Shown: positions 1 to 8,927 of the stretch, piece by piece
How the letters are laid out: each line of letters begins with the position of its first letter
Numbering within the stretch: the stretch's first letter is position 1
Translations under genes and position numbers: made by a program
The notes under the pieces: model-generated
The model's database searches: none
The model's input: only the letters and a program-made list of their open reading frames with translations
What the model was told of the DNA's origin: nothing
DNA from: an uncultured Treponema sp.
GTDB taxonomy: Bacteria > Spirochaetota > Spirochaetia > Treponematales > Treponemataceae
DNA length: 64,000 bases
Direction of reading: 5' to 3'
Assembly (NCBI GenBank): GCA_937902125.1
Contig: CALDIB010000032.1
Location: forward strand, 9,486 to 73,485

Positions 1-1059
1 TGAATTTTTTGAAACGTAAAGGGCTTTGTCGGCTTGCTCCACAAATTCCTTTGCGCTCATGACGGGATTTGTTTCCTTGTCAAATACGCTCACTCCGCCT
101 GAGATTGTGACTTGGACTTTTTGTCCTTCGTAGTCAAAATTCATGTCCTCAATGTTGGCCCTAATCCGCTCGGCCACTTGCATGGCGTCCTCTTTAAGCG
201 TGTTGGGAAGCATGACCGTAAATTCTTCGCCGCCGTAACGGCTGGCCATGTCCTGGGAACGGATTGAGCTTTTTATGATTTTGGCCACCGTCATAAGGAC
301 GTAGTCGCCGCACGCGTGTCCGTACGTGTCGTTGAAATTCTTAAAGTGGTCGATGTCGAACATGATCACGCCGATTGGAAGGTTGTGCAAGTTTGCCAAA
401 TCCAAGCGGTCGGTCAATTGATTGAAGAAGTAATACTTTAGCTTGAGGCGGGTCATCATGTCGGTTGACGAGCGTTCCAAGAGGGCGGCGTTGTTGATGG
501 CCATGCTGGCAAGGGAGGCTATGTTCAATATTTGCTTTGTGTCGTAGTCGTTGAATGAGGTTCCGTCTCCCAAATCCATGCGCTCGCCTAAAAGCAAAAT
601 TCCGTTCATGCGGTTCTTTTGGAAGAGGGGAACAATCATGGACGGGTTGAGGGAATAAATTTGCTCCAAAGGCTCGTCAGGCAGCGCGCTTTGAATGTCG
701 CGGACAAAGAAAACCCTTTCTTTTTCGTTTAGAACGTCCACGACGGGGCTGTTCATGGGAATTGAATAGTTGATTGAACTGTCCAAGTCCATGCCTGTGT
801 AGTTGTTGCTCAAGTTGAACGAGTCCGTCTCAAAGTCGTCAAGGACAAAAATTCCCGCGCCCAAAACCCTCATTTGGCACATGCAAGTGTATAGTATGGA
901 TTCTATAAGGGTGGAGTAGTCCAACGTGGAGCAAAGGGAGCGCGCGACTTCCAACAATTGCTGCAAGTCGTAGAGGCGCTTTTCGTAGCGCTCTGTAAGA
1001 GACTCAATCGTTTCGTTTTTTCCAGCCTTCAATTCAAAGGCGTTTTCTTGCTCTGCCAT
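1..1059 (-). CDS. GAF-GGDEF diguanylate cyclase (3' end runs off the window)
   Basis: Own minus-strand translation from ATG 1059 gives MAEQENAFELKAG... The distal part reads ...SRYGGEEFTVMLPNTLKEDAMQVAERIRANIED..., which contains the GG(D/E)EF motif. It is absent from the ORF track because no stop lies in the window. Confidence 0.85.
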   Translation of the reverse strand, partial: MAEQENAFELKAGKNETIESLTERYEKRLYDLQQLLEVARSLCSTLDYSTLIESILYTCMCQMRVLGAGIFVLDDFETDSFNLSNNYTGMDLDSSINYSIPMNSPVVDVLNEKERVFFVRDIQSALPDEPLEQIYSLNPSMIVPLFQKNRMNGILLLGERMDLGDGTSFNDYDTKQILNIASLASMAINNAALLERSSTDMMTRLKLKYYFFNQLTDRLDLANLHNLPIGVIMFDIDHFKNFNDTYGHACGDYVLMTVAKIIKSSIRSQDMASRYGGEEFTVMLPNTLKEDAMQVAERIRANIEDMNFDYEGQKVQVTISGGVSVFDKETNPVMSAKEFVEQADKALYVSKNS

Positions 1060-1071
1060 TTGACCTAATCT

Positions 1072-2661
1072 TTATTCCTTAGCCTTTTTTATTATAACAT
1101 AATTTCTGATAATTTCAAAGAAATTTTGCCATAATGGATATTGCAGTTCAAGCAGGGATGTGCTTTCCCTATTTCTTGAGGAAAACATTATTCCCTTCAA
1201 ATTGGACACAAGCTCGCTTTTTGACCTTTTTGTGTCTGTGATGCAGTCGCCCAAATTGTCATGGAGCAAAAGCAGCAGGGAAGACACTTTTTGTATTATC
1301 TCCTTTGCCTCGTTATTTATAGAATCGACCATATTAGACAATTTTTTAGTGAATTCGGCGTTTTTGTGGCTGTCGGCGATTAAATTGTTGATGGAAGCCA
1401 AACTGTATTTTTGTCCGTCGCTAAAAGCGGCCTCAAATTGTCCGATAAGGTTCAGGCTGTCGTTGACCGCGAAAACTGTTTGGGAAAAAGATGTTTTGGC
1501 CGCTGGATTGGTGAACAAGCCTTCCACAACAATGTCGTTCACTACGTTGCGTATGGGTTCGGAATAGTATTTTTTGAGGAAGGTTTTTAGAACTCGCAGG
1601 GGCATTACCCACATAAAGTTTGAGGCCGCGTTTTTTCCGATGATGTCCATGGTGTCGGTGTTGTAGCCTTCAAGAACGTCGATTTTTCCGTCTGGAAAAA
1701 GCTCCGAAAGCTCTTGCTTTACATAGTCGTCCTTAATTTCGTTGCGGATTCTTTGTTCGTCGGCGACAAATTGCTTTTGGATTTCCTCCGCGAAATTCTT
1801 GCGGACATTTTCTTTGTAGCTGGCCTTTTGCGGCGTGAAATTTGGGTCTGACTTTGAAAGGCAAATGAGGTTCTTTAGGGTGTCGGCGGTCAGGGTGTTT
1901 TTGATGATGGCCTGAATTCTGCGCAGATTTTGCAAGAGCTCTTTTTTTGTCCTTGTGTCGTTGGGGACTCCGGTAAGCAGCTCGTTCAGCGCCAAAATGG
2001 CGTTTCCAACGGACATCGTTATTGAATAGTCCGCGGTCAAATAGTAGAGGTCAAGAAAAGTGTTTTCCAACGTTGACGGAGGAATCGCTTGGTAGTCTGG
2101 AACATAGTCGGTCTCTTCTCGGCGCGCGGCAAATTCTTCGTCAAAAATCTTTAGGGGAGTCACAAAGTTAAAGCGGCACAAGTCGGCCAGTTGGTGAAGC
2201 GAAGTGATCACGTCGTCCATCTTGCTGAATTGGGGGCCGTTCAAGTCAGACACAATTTTTTCAAGATTTTTCTTTTGTTCGTCAAAAGCGTCCCTTTGGT
2301 TGTTCTCTCCCGCTTGCAGGGTCTGCTTTTTTCTTTCTTCGTATGAAAGCGAGTCCAAAATGCGCTTGTCTTCTTCGGTGTAGCCGGTTACGATAAGCTC
2401 TTCCTCAAAGCGGTGGTTCCGTCTTATGTCTGGGCTTGCGATTGTCATGTCCAATATTTTGGCTATGGGAAGAGTGTTTTCGTAAAGAACTCTCAGGGCC
2501 TCGGCAAAGTTGGGTTGAACCAGATCGTTTTTGTAAATTTGCGCCGGATGAACGCGCAGTTCCCCCTCGATTTTGCGCAGCTTTATCTTTTTCTGCACTT
2601 CAGGCGAGTTTGAGCGGAATAGAATGTCAAAAATGTCTGCTAAAGCCTGCAAGAAAGACAT
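1072..2661 (-). CDS. conserved hypothetical protein, 529 aa, mostly helical
   Basis: Long ORF with no motif I can name (possibly a spirochaete DUF5312-type family, from recollection only). Its stop is 12 nt upstream of the GGDEF gene start, so the two are probably co-transcribed. Confidence 0.7.
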   Translation of the reverse strand: MSFLQALADIFDILFRSNSPEVQKKIKLRKIEGELRVHPAQIYKNDLVQPNFAEALRVLYENTLPIAKILDMTIASPDIRRNHRFEEELIVTGYTEEDKRILDSLSYEERKKQTLQAGENNQRDAFDEQKKNLEKIVSDLNGPQFSKMDDVITSLHQLADLCRFNFVTPLKIFDEEFAARREETDYVPDYQAIPPSTLENTFLDLYYLTADYSITMSVGNAILALNELLTGVPNDTRTKKELLQNLRRIQAIIKNTLTADTLKNLICLSKSDPNFTPQKASYKENVRKNFAEEIQKQFVADEQRIRNEIKDDYVKQELSELFPDGKIDVLEGYNTDTMDIIGKNAASNFMWVMPLRVLKTFLKKYYSEPIRNVVNDIVVEGLFTNPAAKTSFSQTVFAVNDSLNLIGQFEAAFSDGQKYSLASINNLIADSHKNAEFTKKLSNMVDSINNEAKEIIQKVSSLLLLLHDNLGDCITDTKRSKSELVSNLKGIMFSSRNRESTSLLELQYPLWQNFFEIIRNYVIIKKAKE

Positions 2662-2669
2662 GTCTGCCT

Positions 2670-2698
2670 ATTATAGCGCGGCTTATGGAAATTATCAA
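2670..2698 (-). promoter_or_regulatory. sigma70-like promoter, leaderless geometry (529-aa gene)
   Basis: Minus strand reads TTGATA(2698-2693)-17 nt-TATAAT(2675-2670)-8 nt-ATG(2661). No SD lies between. Confidence 0.6.
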
Positions 2699-2908
2699 GA
2701 AATATTTTTTGACCAAAATTGCTTGATTTTACTGGAATTGCTTGAAAAACTGGAAAACGCCGCGCTTTTGCTAATTGAAGTTATTTACGCGCCTCTTGCG
2801 AGGCGGACTGGCAATAGCGCGGCTTGCTGTTTTTATCAAGAAATATTTTTCAGGCAAAAAACGCTTGAAAATGCGGGGGCTTGTTTGAAAAGCTGGAAAG
2901 CGCCGCGC
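2672..2908. repeat. two imperfect ~95-nt direct copies of the promoter region
   Basis: Copy 1 (2672-2765) and copy 2 (2813-2908) both read ...ATAGCGCGGCTT..TATCAAGAAATATTTTT...GCTTGAAAA..CTGGAAA(A/G)CGCCGCGC. Only copy 1 keeps a consensus -10. Confidence 0.75.
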
Positions 2909-2915
2909 CTGCGCG

Positions 2916-3908
2916 TCAGGCTTCTTGCAAAAAGGGCGCGAAGATGGCTTGGTAGTCGGCGCGGCTGGAGGCTTGGACTATGCGGCGGCGCAGTTCTCCC
3001 ACCCCTTGAACGCCTTTGGAATAGGCGCAAAAGCGCTTTCGCATTTCAAGACAGGCGGACTTTTCCCCTATGTCTCCGCTTAAAATGTCAAGCTCCTTTA
3101 GGCCGGCCTCCAAGGATTCCCGGATTGGAATTTCGTCAAAGGAGCCGGTTTCAAGCAATTGCCGGGTCTGCCTAAAGATGAAGGGTCTGCCCATGGCTCC
3201 CCGCGCGAACATCACCGCGTCGCAGCCGCTTTCTTCCAACATTCTTTTGGCTTCTTGGGGGCTGAAGGCGTCGCCGCTTCCAAAAATGGGAACGCGGCCG
3301 GCGGAAAATTTGACCAGTTCCGCCAAAATGTTCCAGTCGGCCTTGCCCTCGTAGCCTTGGGCGCGGGTTCTGGGGTGAATCGTTATGGCGGCGGCTCCTG
3401 CTTTTATGGCGGCGTCGGCCGCTTCTTTCCAAGTCAAATTTTGGGAGTCCCAGCCGCTTCTTATTTTTACCGTTACAGGAACCCTTCCTTCCGCGGCCTT
3501 GGCCACGGCGGAAACGATTTTGTAAAGCTTTTCTGGATTTCTTGTAAGCTCGCTTCCGGCGCCGCTTTTTATGATTTTGGGAACCGGGCAGCCGCAATTT
3601 ATGTCAATCAATTCGCAGGAAGTCCGCTCCAAGACCATGCGGGCGCCTTCTTCCATCACTTCAGGATTTCCGCCGAAAATTTGAACGGCGTAAGCCTTTT
3701 CGTTGGGGGCGCGGCGCATAAGAAGAGCGGTCTTTTCGCTTCCCCGGGTAAGGGCCTCCATGCTGACCATTTCCGTGTAGCAAAACGAGGCGCCCCCTTG
3801 GAAGCAGACGCTCCTAAAGGCGCGGTCGCTGTAACCGGCCACCGGCGCCAAAAAGAGGTTTCCGTCAAGGGCGAGGTTTCCGATTTGGACGGAATGGTAG
3901 AGGCTCAT
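2916..3908 (-). CDS. dus: tRNA-dihydrouridine synthase
   Basis: Contains LAPVAGYSDRAFR and IDINCGCPVPKI (Dus family). Start set to ATG 3908, which forms an ATGA overlap with the tatD stop. The ORF-track start 3944 would overlap tatD by 40 nt. Confidence 0.85.
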   Translation of the reverse strand: MSLYHSVQIGNLALDGNLFLAPVAGYSDRAFRSVCFQGGASFCYTEMVSMEALTRGSEKTALLMRRAPNEKAYAVQIFGGNPEVMEEGARMVLERTSCELIDINCGCPVPKIIKSGAGSELTRNPEKLYKIVSAVAKAAEGRVPVTVKIRSGWDSQNLTWKEAADAAIKAGAAAITIHPRTRAQGYEGKADWNILAELVKFSAGRVPIFGSGDAFSPQEAKRMLEESGCDAVMFARGAMGRPFIFRQTRQLLETGSFDEIPIRESLEAGLKELDILSGDIGEKSACLEMRKRFCAYSKGVQGVGELRRRIVQASSRADYQAIFAPFLQEA

Positions 3909-4687
3909 TCGGGCAAATTGAATGCTTTGCAGCTGTTCTTCCAAAGCTGGACGCTCAACTCTTCCAAGGGAAGCTCAAGCATCTCCGAAAGGAAGGTGGC
4001 CGTGCTGGGAAGCATCTTGGGCATAGTGCGCTTTTTTTCGCGGAATTCAGCCGGAATCATAAATGGGCTTTCAGTCTCTATCAAGATTCTGTCAACCGGA
4101 ATGTTCAACACCGTTTCGTGCAAGTTGCGGGCGTTGCGGTATGTCAAATTTCCGGCAAAGCTGAACCAAACGTTAAGATTTGCGTCCAAGCACTTTTTTG
4201 CGTAGGCCGCGTCCTCGCTGTAGCAGTGGAGAATGGCGCCCTTTTCGGGAATGCGCTGGCTTAGAATGTCAAAAACATCTTTTCCCGCGTCCCGATTGTG
4301 GATTATTACGGGCAGCTTGTGTTTTTGCGCCAACTCAAGCTGGGTGATGAAGGCTTCGATTTGCGCGCTTTTGTTTCCATATTGCTTGAAGTAGTCCAAG
4401 CCGGTTTCTCCCACGGCGATGACGTTGGGAAGCTTTAAATTTTCTTCAATTGTGCGAACCCAATCCTTGCCGGGATTTGTTATTTCAGACGGCGCCACTC
4501 CGCAAGCGTGATAGACTCCCGGCGCGTTTTTAAGAGCGGGGTAGACCTTGGCGAAGTCGTGGAGAGAGTTGTTTATGCTGACAATGCGGTTCACGCCGGC
4601 CATTTTGGCCTGCTGAATCACGCGCAATTGTTCAATTGGATCATCGTATATCAGCCCGATGTGAGCGTGAGTGTCAAAAAACTGCAT
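3905..4687 (-). CDS. tatD: TatD-family metal-dependent hydrolase
   Basis: MQFFDTHAHIG (HxH) N-terminus. Length of 260 aa and overall pattern are typical of TatD. Confidence 0.85.
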   Translation of the reverse strand: MQFFDTHAHIGLIYDDPIEQLRVIQQAKMAGVNRIVSINNSLHDFAKVYPALKNAPGVYHACGVAPSEITNPGKDWVRTIEENLKLPNVIAVGETGLDYFKQYGNKSAQIEAFITQLELAQKHKLPVIIHNRDAGKDVFDILSQRIPEKGAILHCYSEDAAYAKKCLDANLNVWFSFAGNLTYRNARNLHETVLNIPVDRILIETESPFMIPAEFREKKRTMPKMLPSTATFLSEMLELPLEELSVQLWKNSCKAFNLPE

Positions 4688-4869
4688 GGCTTATGTCCTA
4701 AAAAATTGTTGCGAGTAAATAACGCCTCAAGGCGGAACTTACATTTTGCATTCAAAGCGTTTTCAAATAATATAGCGCCATTTTTAAATATTGTCAAATT
4801 TTTACTATAATTTGTCGATAATATAGCGGCGGACAAGATTGCCGCCAACCTTTGTCATTTGCGCTTGTA

Positions 4870-4898
4870 TTGACAAAAAGGCAAATTTATGGTAGGAT
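4870..4898 (+). promoter_or_regulatory. sigma70-like promoter, leaderless geometry (M23 peptidase)
   Basis: TTGACA(4870-4875)-17 nt-TAGGAT(4893-4898)-8 nt-ATG(4907). Confidence 0.55.
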
Positions 4899-4906
4899 GG
4901 GGGATA

Positions 4907-5917
4907 ATGGCTAAAAAGCGCGATTTGTCAAAAATAATGTCAAAATCATTCTCAACAAAGCGAACTTTTGGCGACAAGCTTGCCGACACTGCCTCAAGGG
5001 TTTTTCATGTCTTGGACAACAAACTTACCGTGATGATTGTTCCCCACGCGCAGGGAAAAGTGGTCAACTTTCAGACCAATGTTTTTGCCATGCTTTTGGG
5101 AATCGCCATCGCTTTGGGCATTGTTTTAAGTTTTATTTTCTTCAATAAAAACGCGATAAATTCCAGCGCGGAAATCAGCCGCCTGTTCACCGAAAATCGG
5201 CAGACTATGGCCAGCCTTGACGAGTTGCGGGACGAAAACAACAATCTCCTGCAAACTGCCAAGCGCTTTCAGTCTTCCCTCAACCAGTCCCTTTCGCTTT
5301 TGGGAATAGAAAGCCAGAACGACGCCTCAAACGCGCCCCTTAACAACGGAGACCTTTCGTCCCTTTTTAGCATGGAAGAATTGGCCACTGGAAGCGTCCG
5401 AGAGGCCGCCGACATTCGCCAGTTGACTTCCTATTTGGAAGGAGCTGTCCAGCCGATTGAGCAAATCGGAAAAATGCTTGAAACCCAAAATTCATTGTTC
5501 AGCGACATTCCCAGCATTTGGCCGGTCAGAAGCCCCCAACTTCACATTTCTATGGGCTTTGGACCTATGGTGCACCCCATTACCGGCCAGTGGTATGTTC
5601 ACAAGGGCTTGGACATGTCCACATGGCGAAGCGGAGACCCGATTCATGTTGCGGCCAACGGTCAGGTTGTCACGGTGGCCTACGACATGGGATACGGAAA
5701 CAATGTAATCGTAAAGCACAAGCACGGAATTTACACTCGTTACGCCCACATGAACACAATTCGCGTCACTAAGGGCCAGTTTGTTTCCCAAGGCGATGTT
5801 ATCGGAACAATCGGAAACACCGGCGTGACCACCGGTCCCCACCTTCACTACGAAGTCCATATCGGAAGCGATGTAGTCGATCCGATAAAATACCTTAACA
5901 TAAAGGTTTCAAACTAA
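4907..5917 (+). CDS. M23/LytM-family metallopeptidase with N-terminal TM helix and coiled coil
   Basis: Contains HKGLDM and GNTGVTTGPHLHYEVH motifs. The ORF-track start 4889 lies inside the -10 box, so ATG 4907 (MAKKRDLS...) is preferred. Confidence 0.85.
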   Translation: MAKKRDLSKIMSKSFSTKRTFGDKLADTASRVFHVLDNKLTVMIVPHAQGKVVNFQTNVFAMLLGIAIALGIVLSFIFFNKNAINSSAEISRLFTENRQTMASLDELRDENNNLLQTAKRFQSSLNQSLSLLGIESQNDASNAPLNNGDLSSLFSMEELATGSVREAADIRQLTSYLEGAVQPIEQIGKMLETQNSLFSDIPSIWPVRSPQLHISMGFGPMVHPITGQWYVHKGLDMSTWRSGDPIHVAANGQVVTVAYDMGYGNNVIVKHKHGIYTRYAHMNTIRVTKGQFVSQGDVIGTIGNTGVTTGPHLHYEVHIGSDVVDPIKYLNIKVSN

Positions 5918-6330
5918 TGGCTCTTCTTTCCGACGACATTTCAATTTGTACCCTTGTCGGTTCAGGCTCGGTTTTTTCGGGAAACATGCGCGTCAACGGA
6001 GCCATGATGGTTGACGGAGACATTGACGGCGATTTGGAAGTCAGCGGAAATTTAATCGTGGGCGAAAAGGCCAGGGTCAGGGGAAACATCAACGCAAAAT
6101 CGGCTGTCATAAGCGGAATAGTTTTGGGCGACGTTACCGCTCCTGAAAGCATTCGCCTTACAGAAACTTCCACTGTAATTGGAGACATAGCCACCCACCG
6201 CCTGCAAATCGCCCAGGGCGTTGTTTTTAACGGACATTGCATCGCTTTGAGCGACGACGACCTTTTTGAAAAGGAATCCGTAAAGCAACGGCAATTGCGT
6301 GAAATAAAAAGCAAGACGATTATCAAATGA
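5917..6330 (+). CDS. bactofilin-family cytoskeletal protein
   Basis: Beta-helical repeat GSVFSGNMRVNGAMMVDGDIDGDLEVSGNLIVGEKARVRGNINAKSAVISGIVLGDV. Start overlaps the upstream stop (TAATG). Confidence 0.8.
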   Translation: MALLSDDISICTLVGSGSVFSGNMRVNGAMMVDGDIDGDLEVSGNLIVGEKARVRGNINAKSAVISGIVLGDVTAPESIRLTETSTVIGDIATHRLQIAQGVVFNGHCIALSDDDLFEKESVKQRQLREIKSKTIIK

Positions 6331-6878
6331 ATCTGATTGATCCAACAAGCAACGGATTGTATTACAACGCCACGCAAACGGCGGCGAGCCAAGCCGCCAG
6401 CCAAGCGGCTTCTCAATCCGTGCGAAAGAGCGAAAAAGACAAGGCTGTCAAAAAACCCGTTTTTTCATCGATGGTGGACAAAAAGCGGGAAGAAAACATT
6501 TTGGCAAGCCAAGGCCTTCCGCCTGAAATTGCGGGGCTTAGCCAAGAAGACGCGATTGTTTTTTTAAAGGACCAATTGGATTCCGCCGGCGACGCGCTGA
6601 GCGAAAGTTCCAGCGGCAAGGATTTTGAAAACTACAAAAAGGCTGTCAGCCAGTTTATCAAGTACATGCAAAAAAATAATTTTGTCGTGGAAGAGCATAA
6701 GCGTTTTGGTCGAACCCGTTTGGGCAAGAAAAAAGACCCGGCGATTTTGATTCAAACGATTGACAAGCGGCTTGAGCAGTTGAATTACGACGTTTGGTTC
6801 AACCATTTGGACAAGCTTAAGCTTCTTGAAAAAATTCACGAAATAAACGGTTTGGTGGTAGACTTGACCGACGTTTAG
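6327..6878 (+). CDS. DUF327 (YaaR-like) protein
   Basis: 183 aa. The segment DFENYKKAVSQFIKYMQKNNFVVEEHKR resembles YaaR/DUF327. ATGA overlap with the bactofilin gene. Confidence 0.6.
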   Translation: MNLIDPTSNGLYYNATQTAASQAASQAASQSVRKSEKDKAVKKPVFSSMVDKKREENILASQGLPPEIAGLSQEDAIVFLKDQLDSAGDALSESSSGKDFENYKKAVSQFIKYMQKNNFVVEEHKRFGRTRLGKKKDPAILIQTIDKRLEQLNYDVWFNHLDKLKLLEKIHEINGLVVDLTDV

Positions 6879-6898
6879 GAATAAAATAAGGTGAACTT

Positions 6899-7816
6899 AT
6901 GAGCGATATTTTTGAAAAAGACATAGATGAAGACGGCGAAGACCTCTCTCAATTGGAAGATGACGGCGTTGAAATTTCCAGCGGCGAAAAATTTGTTTTT
7001 AACGAACCACTTTACGCCTTGCGCTTGGACTATTCCCGGGAAGGCGTTTTTGCAAAGCCGGGAAACTTTGACCTAAAGGCCGGCGACGCGGTGATTATTC
7101 CCACCCGCTACGGAATGGATTTGGCGCGGGTTTTGGGCAAGGCCAAAAGTCCAGTTGGAATAAAAAAGGACGACATAATACAGATTGACCGCAAGGCCAG
7201 CGACGACGATTTGAGCCGCGCCGAGGAGTTTAAGGAAAAAGAGAAGGGCGCCTTTAAGGTTTTTCAAGAAAAGGTCGCCGCCCGCAAGCTTAACATGAAA
7301 TTGATTGGCGCCCACTTTTTGGTGGCCGAGCCAAAGGCCTTGTTCTTCTTTAGCGCCGAACAAAGGGTTGACTTTAGGGAATTGGTCAAGGACTTGGTGA
7401 GCGTCTTTAAAATGCGAATAGAGCTTAGGCAAATTGGCGTCCGCGACGAGTCCCGCATCACTGGAGGCCTTGGAATTTGCGGCCGTCCTTATTGTTGCCA
7501 CGCCATCAGCGACAAGCTGCGGCCGGTTTCAATCCGCATGGCAAAAGACCAAAACCTTTCCCTCAACTCTATGAAAATTTCAGGACAGTGCGGCCGCCTT
7601 TTGTGCTGCCTTTCCTATGAATACGATTTTTATTCCGACGCCCGCAAAAAACTTCCCAACGAAGGAACGAGGGTCTTTTACGACGGAACAAATTTTAGGA
7701 TTACGGAAATCAATCCTTTGAGTTCGATGATAAAGCTTTATGGAGAGGACGGCCGCATCATCGAGGTGAACTCAAGCCGCTTTGTAAAAGAAAACAATCG
7801 CTGGAAAATCAACTGA
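6899..7816 (+). CDS. PSP1-domain protein (YaaT/RicT-like)
   Basis: Cys-rich PSP1 signature GICGRPYCCHAISDKLRPVSIRMAKDQNLSLNSMKISGQCGRLLCCLSYEY. SD AAGGTGA lies upstream. Confidence 0.8.
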   Translation: MSDIFEKDIDEDGEDLSQLEDDGVEISSGEKFVFNEPLYALRLDYSREGVFAKPGNFDLKAGDAVIIPTRYGMDLARVLGKAKSPVGIKKDDIIQIDRKASDDDLSRAEEFKEKEKGAFKVFQEKVAARKLNMKLIGAHFLVAEPKALFFFSAEQRVDFRELVKDLVSVFKMRIELRQIGVRDESRITGGLGICGRPYCCHAISDKLRPVSIRMAKDQNLSLNSMKISGQCGRLLCCLSYEYDFYSDARKKLPNEGTRVFYDGTNFRITEINPLSSMIKLYGEDGRIIEVNSSRFVKENNRWKIN

Positions 7817-8537
7817 TTACGGCCAGCAAGTAGTCTGAGTCGTCAAAGGCCTTGAGGCCGTCGTAGCCGCTAAAAAATTGAACGCTCTTGAATCCTGCCT
7901 CTTTTGAAAATTCTTCTATTTCGGTTTTTTTTAGCGGATAGACTTTGGCTTGCTCGTATATCGGAGTTTCTTTGCCGTTTTTTTCCAAAACGCTGTCAAA
8001 GCGGAACATGTTTTCGTTGACTTTTGAAATAACCCGCTTGTAGCGGACTCTGGCGCTGCTCAATTCCGGCAAGAGGCATTTTGTTAGCGGCTTGTATTTG
8101 TCAAAATTAAAAAGCTGCAAAACCACTATTCCGCCGGCGGACAAAAGTTCCTTGCAGTCAAAGAAAAATTTTCTCATCAAGGTTTTGTCGTGAATGAAAA
8201 TTACCCGGCTGTTCAAGCAAGAAATGATATTGTAAAATTTTTTGCCCAAAAAGCGGGTCATTTCCAGCGTTGACATTTGAAAGTATCTGAGGGACATCAA
8301 TTGGTTTCTGTATTTTAGGGTGGCGGACTCAAGCAAATCCCGCTGGGTTTCAAGGCCGGTCACGTCAACCGCGTCTTTGGCCAGGCGGTGGCATAAAACG
8401 CCGGTTCCGCAGCCTATGCTTAAAAGTTTTGCGGGGTGAGGAAAATTTTTTGTCAAGGTTTCATAAAACGTCTGCTGAGCCAGTGTCACAGGATACAATT
8501 CATCGTAATATTCAACCAAATTTTTAATTGATTCCAT
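7809..8537 (-). CDS. class I SAM-dependent methyltransferase
   Basis: Motif I LLSIGCGTGVLCHRLA. Start set to ATG 8537 (MESIKNLVEYYDELY), because the ORF-track TTG start at 8576 is itself the -35 hexamer. Confidence 0.75.
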   Translation of the reverse strand: MESIKNLVEYYDELYPVTLAQQTFYETLTKNFPHPAKLLSIGCGTGVLCHRLAKDAVDVTGLETQRDLLESATLKYRNQLMSLRYFQMSTLEMTRFLGKKFYNIISCLNSRVIFIHDKTLMRKFFFDCKELLSAGGIVVLQLFNFDKYKPLTKCLLPELSSARVRYKRVISKVNENMFRFDSVLEKNGKETPIYEQAKVYPLKKTEIEEFSKEAGFKSVQFFSGYDGLKAFDDSDYLLAVIS

Positions 8538-8547
8538 TTTGCCTATA

Positions 8548-8576
8548 ATTATAAACCCAAAATGGAAATTTGGCAA
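8548..8576 (-). promoter_or_regulatory. sigma70-like promoter, near-leaderless (SAM methyltransferase)
   Basis: Minus strand reads TTGCCA(8576-8571)-17 nt-TATAAT(8553-8548)-10 nt-ATG(8537). Confidence 0.5.
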
Positions 8577-8616
8577 ATTTTTTTTTTGAGAATTCTAAAA
8601 TGTCGGCGGCCGCCCG

Positions 8617-8910
8617 CTACTTGTCCAAATTCTTGGCTTTGACCATAAAAAGCTTGATTCCTTCTTTTGGAAAGCGCTTTTTGACGGCGGCTATTATGGC
8701 CTTGAACTTGGCCGCGTCGGGCTTTTTTATATAGGCAAAAAGAATGAAGTTTGTTTCAGGCCAAGAGGAGGTTCCAAGCTTGTAGTTTTTCTTTCCCCGC
8801 CCGTGGGCCAAGGGAATAATCGTGTATAAAAGCGACGGAATGTGCTCTTCCAAAAGTTCTATTATGTCGTCTTGAACCGACTGGTTGGCTATGATTTCCG
8901 CTCTATACAT
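8617..8910 (-). CDS. small P-II-like protein downstream of the RND pump (transporter-associated family, tentative)
   Basis: 97 aa starting MYRAEIIANQSVQDDIIELLEE, with SD GGAGGA upstream. The longer ORF-track version (to 9102) overlaps the RND gene. Family assignment is from recollection only. Confidence 0.6.
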   Translation of the reverse strand: MYRAEIIANQSVQDDIIELLEEHIPSLLYTIIPLAHGRGKKNYKLGTSSWPETNFILFAYIKKPDAAKFKAIIAAVKKRFPKEGIKLFMVKAKNLDK

Positions 8911-8927
8911 AAAATCCTCCGTCCGGC

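Noticed and set aside
3159-4205. Long antisense ORFs in the track: 348 aa at 3159..4205, 263 aa at 50665..51456, 242 aa at 32020..32748, 180 aa at 14966..15508, and the 5' part of 24656..25600.
   Set aside because: Each lies entirely opposite a gene with clear family motifs (dus/tatD, the ABC ATPase, recQ, aspS, mazG). Their translations are low-complexity and Arg/Gly/Ala-rich, as expected for the mirror frame of moderately GC-rich coding DNA.
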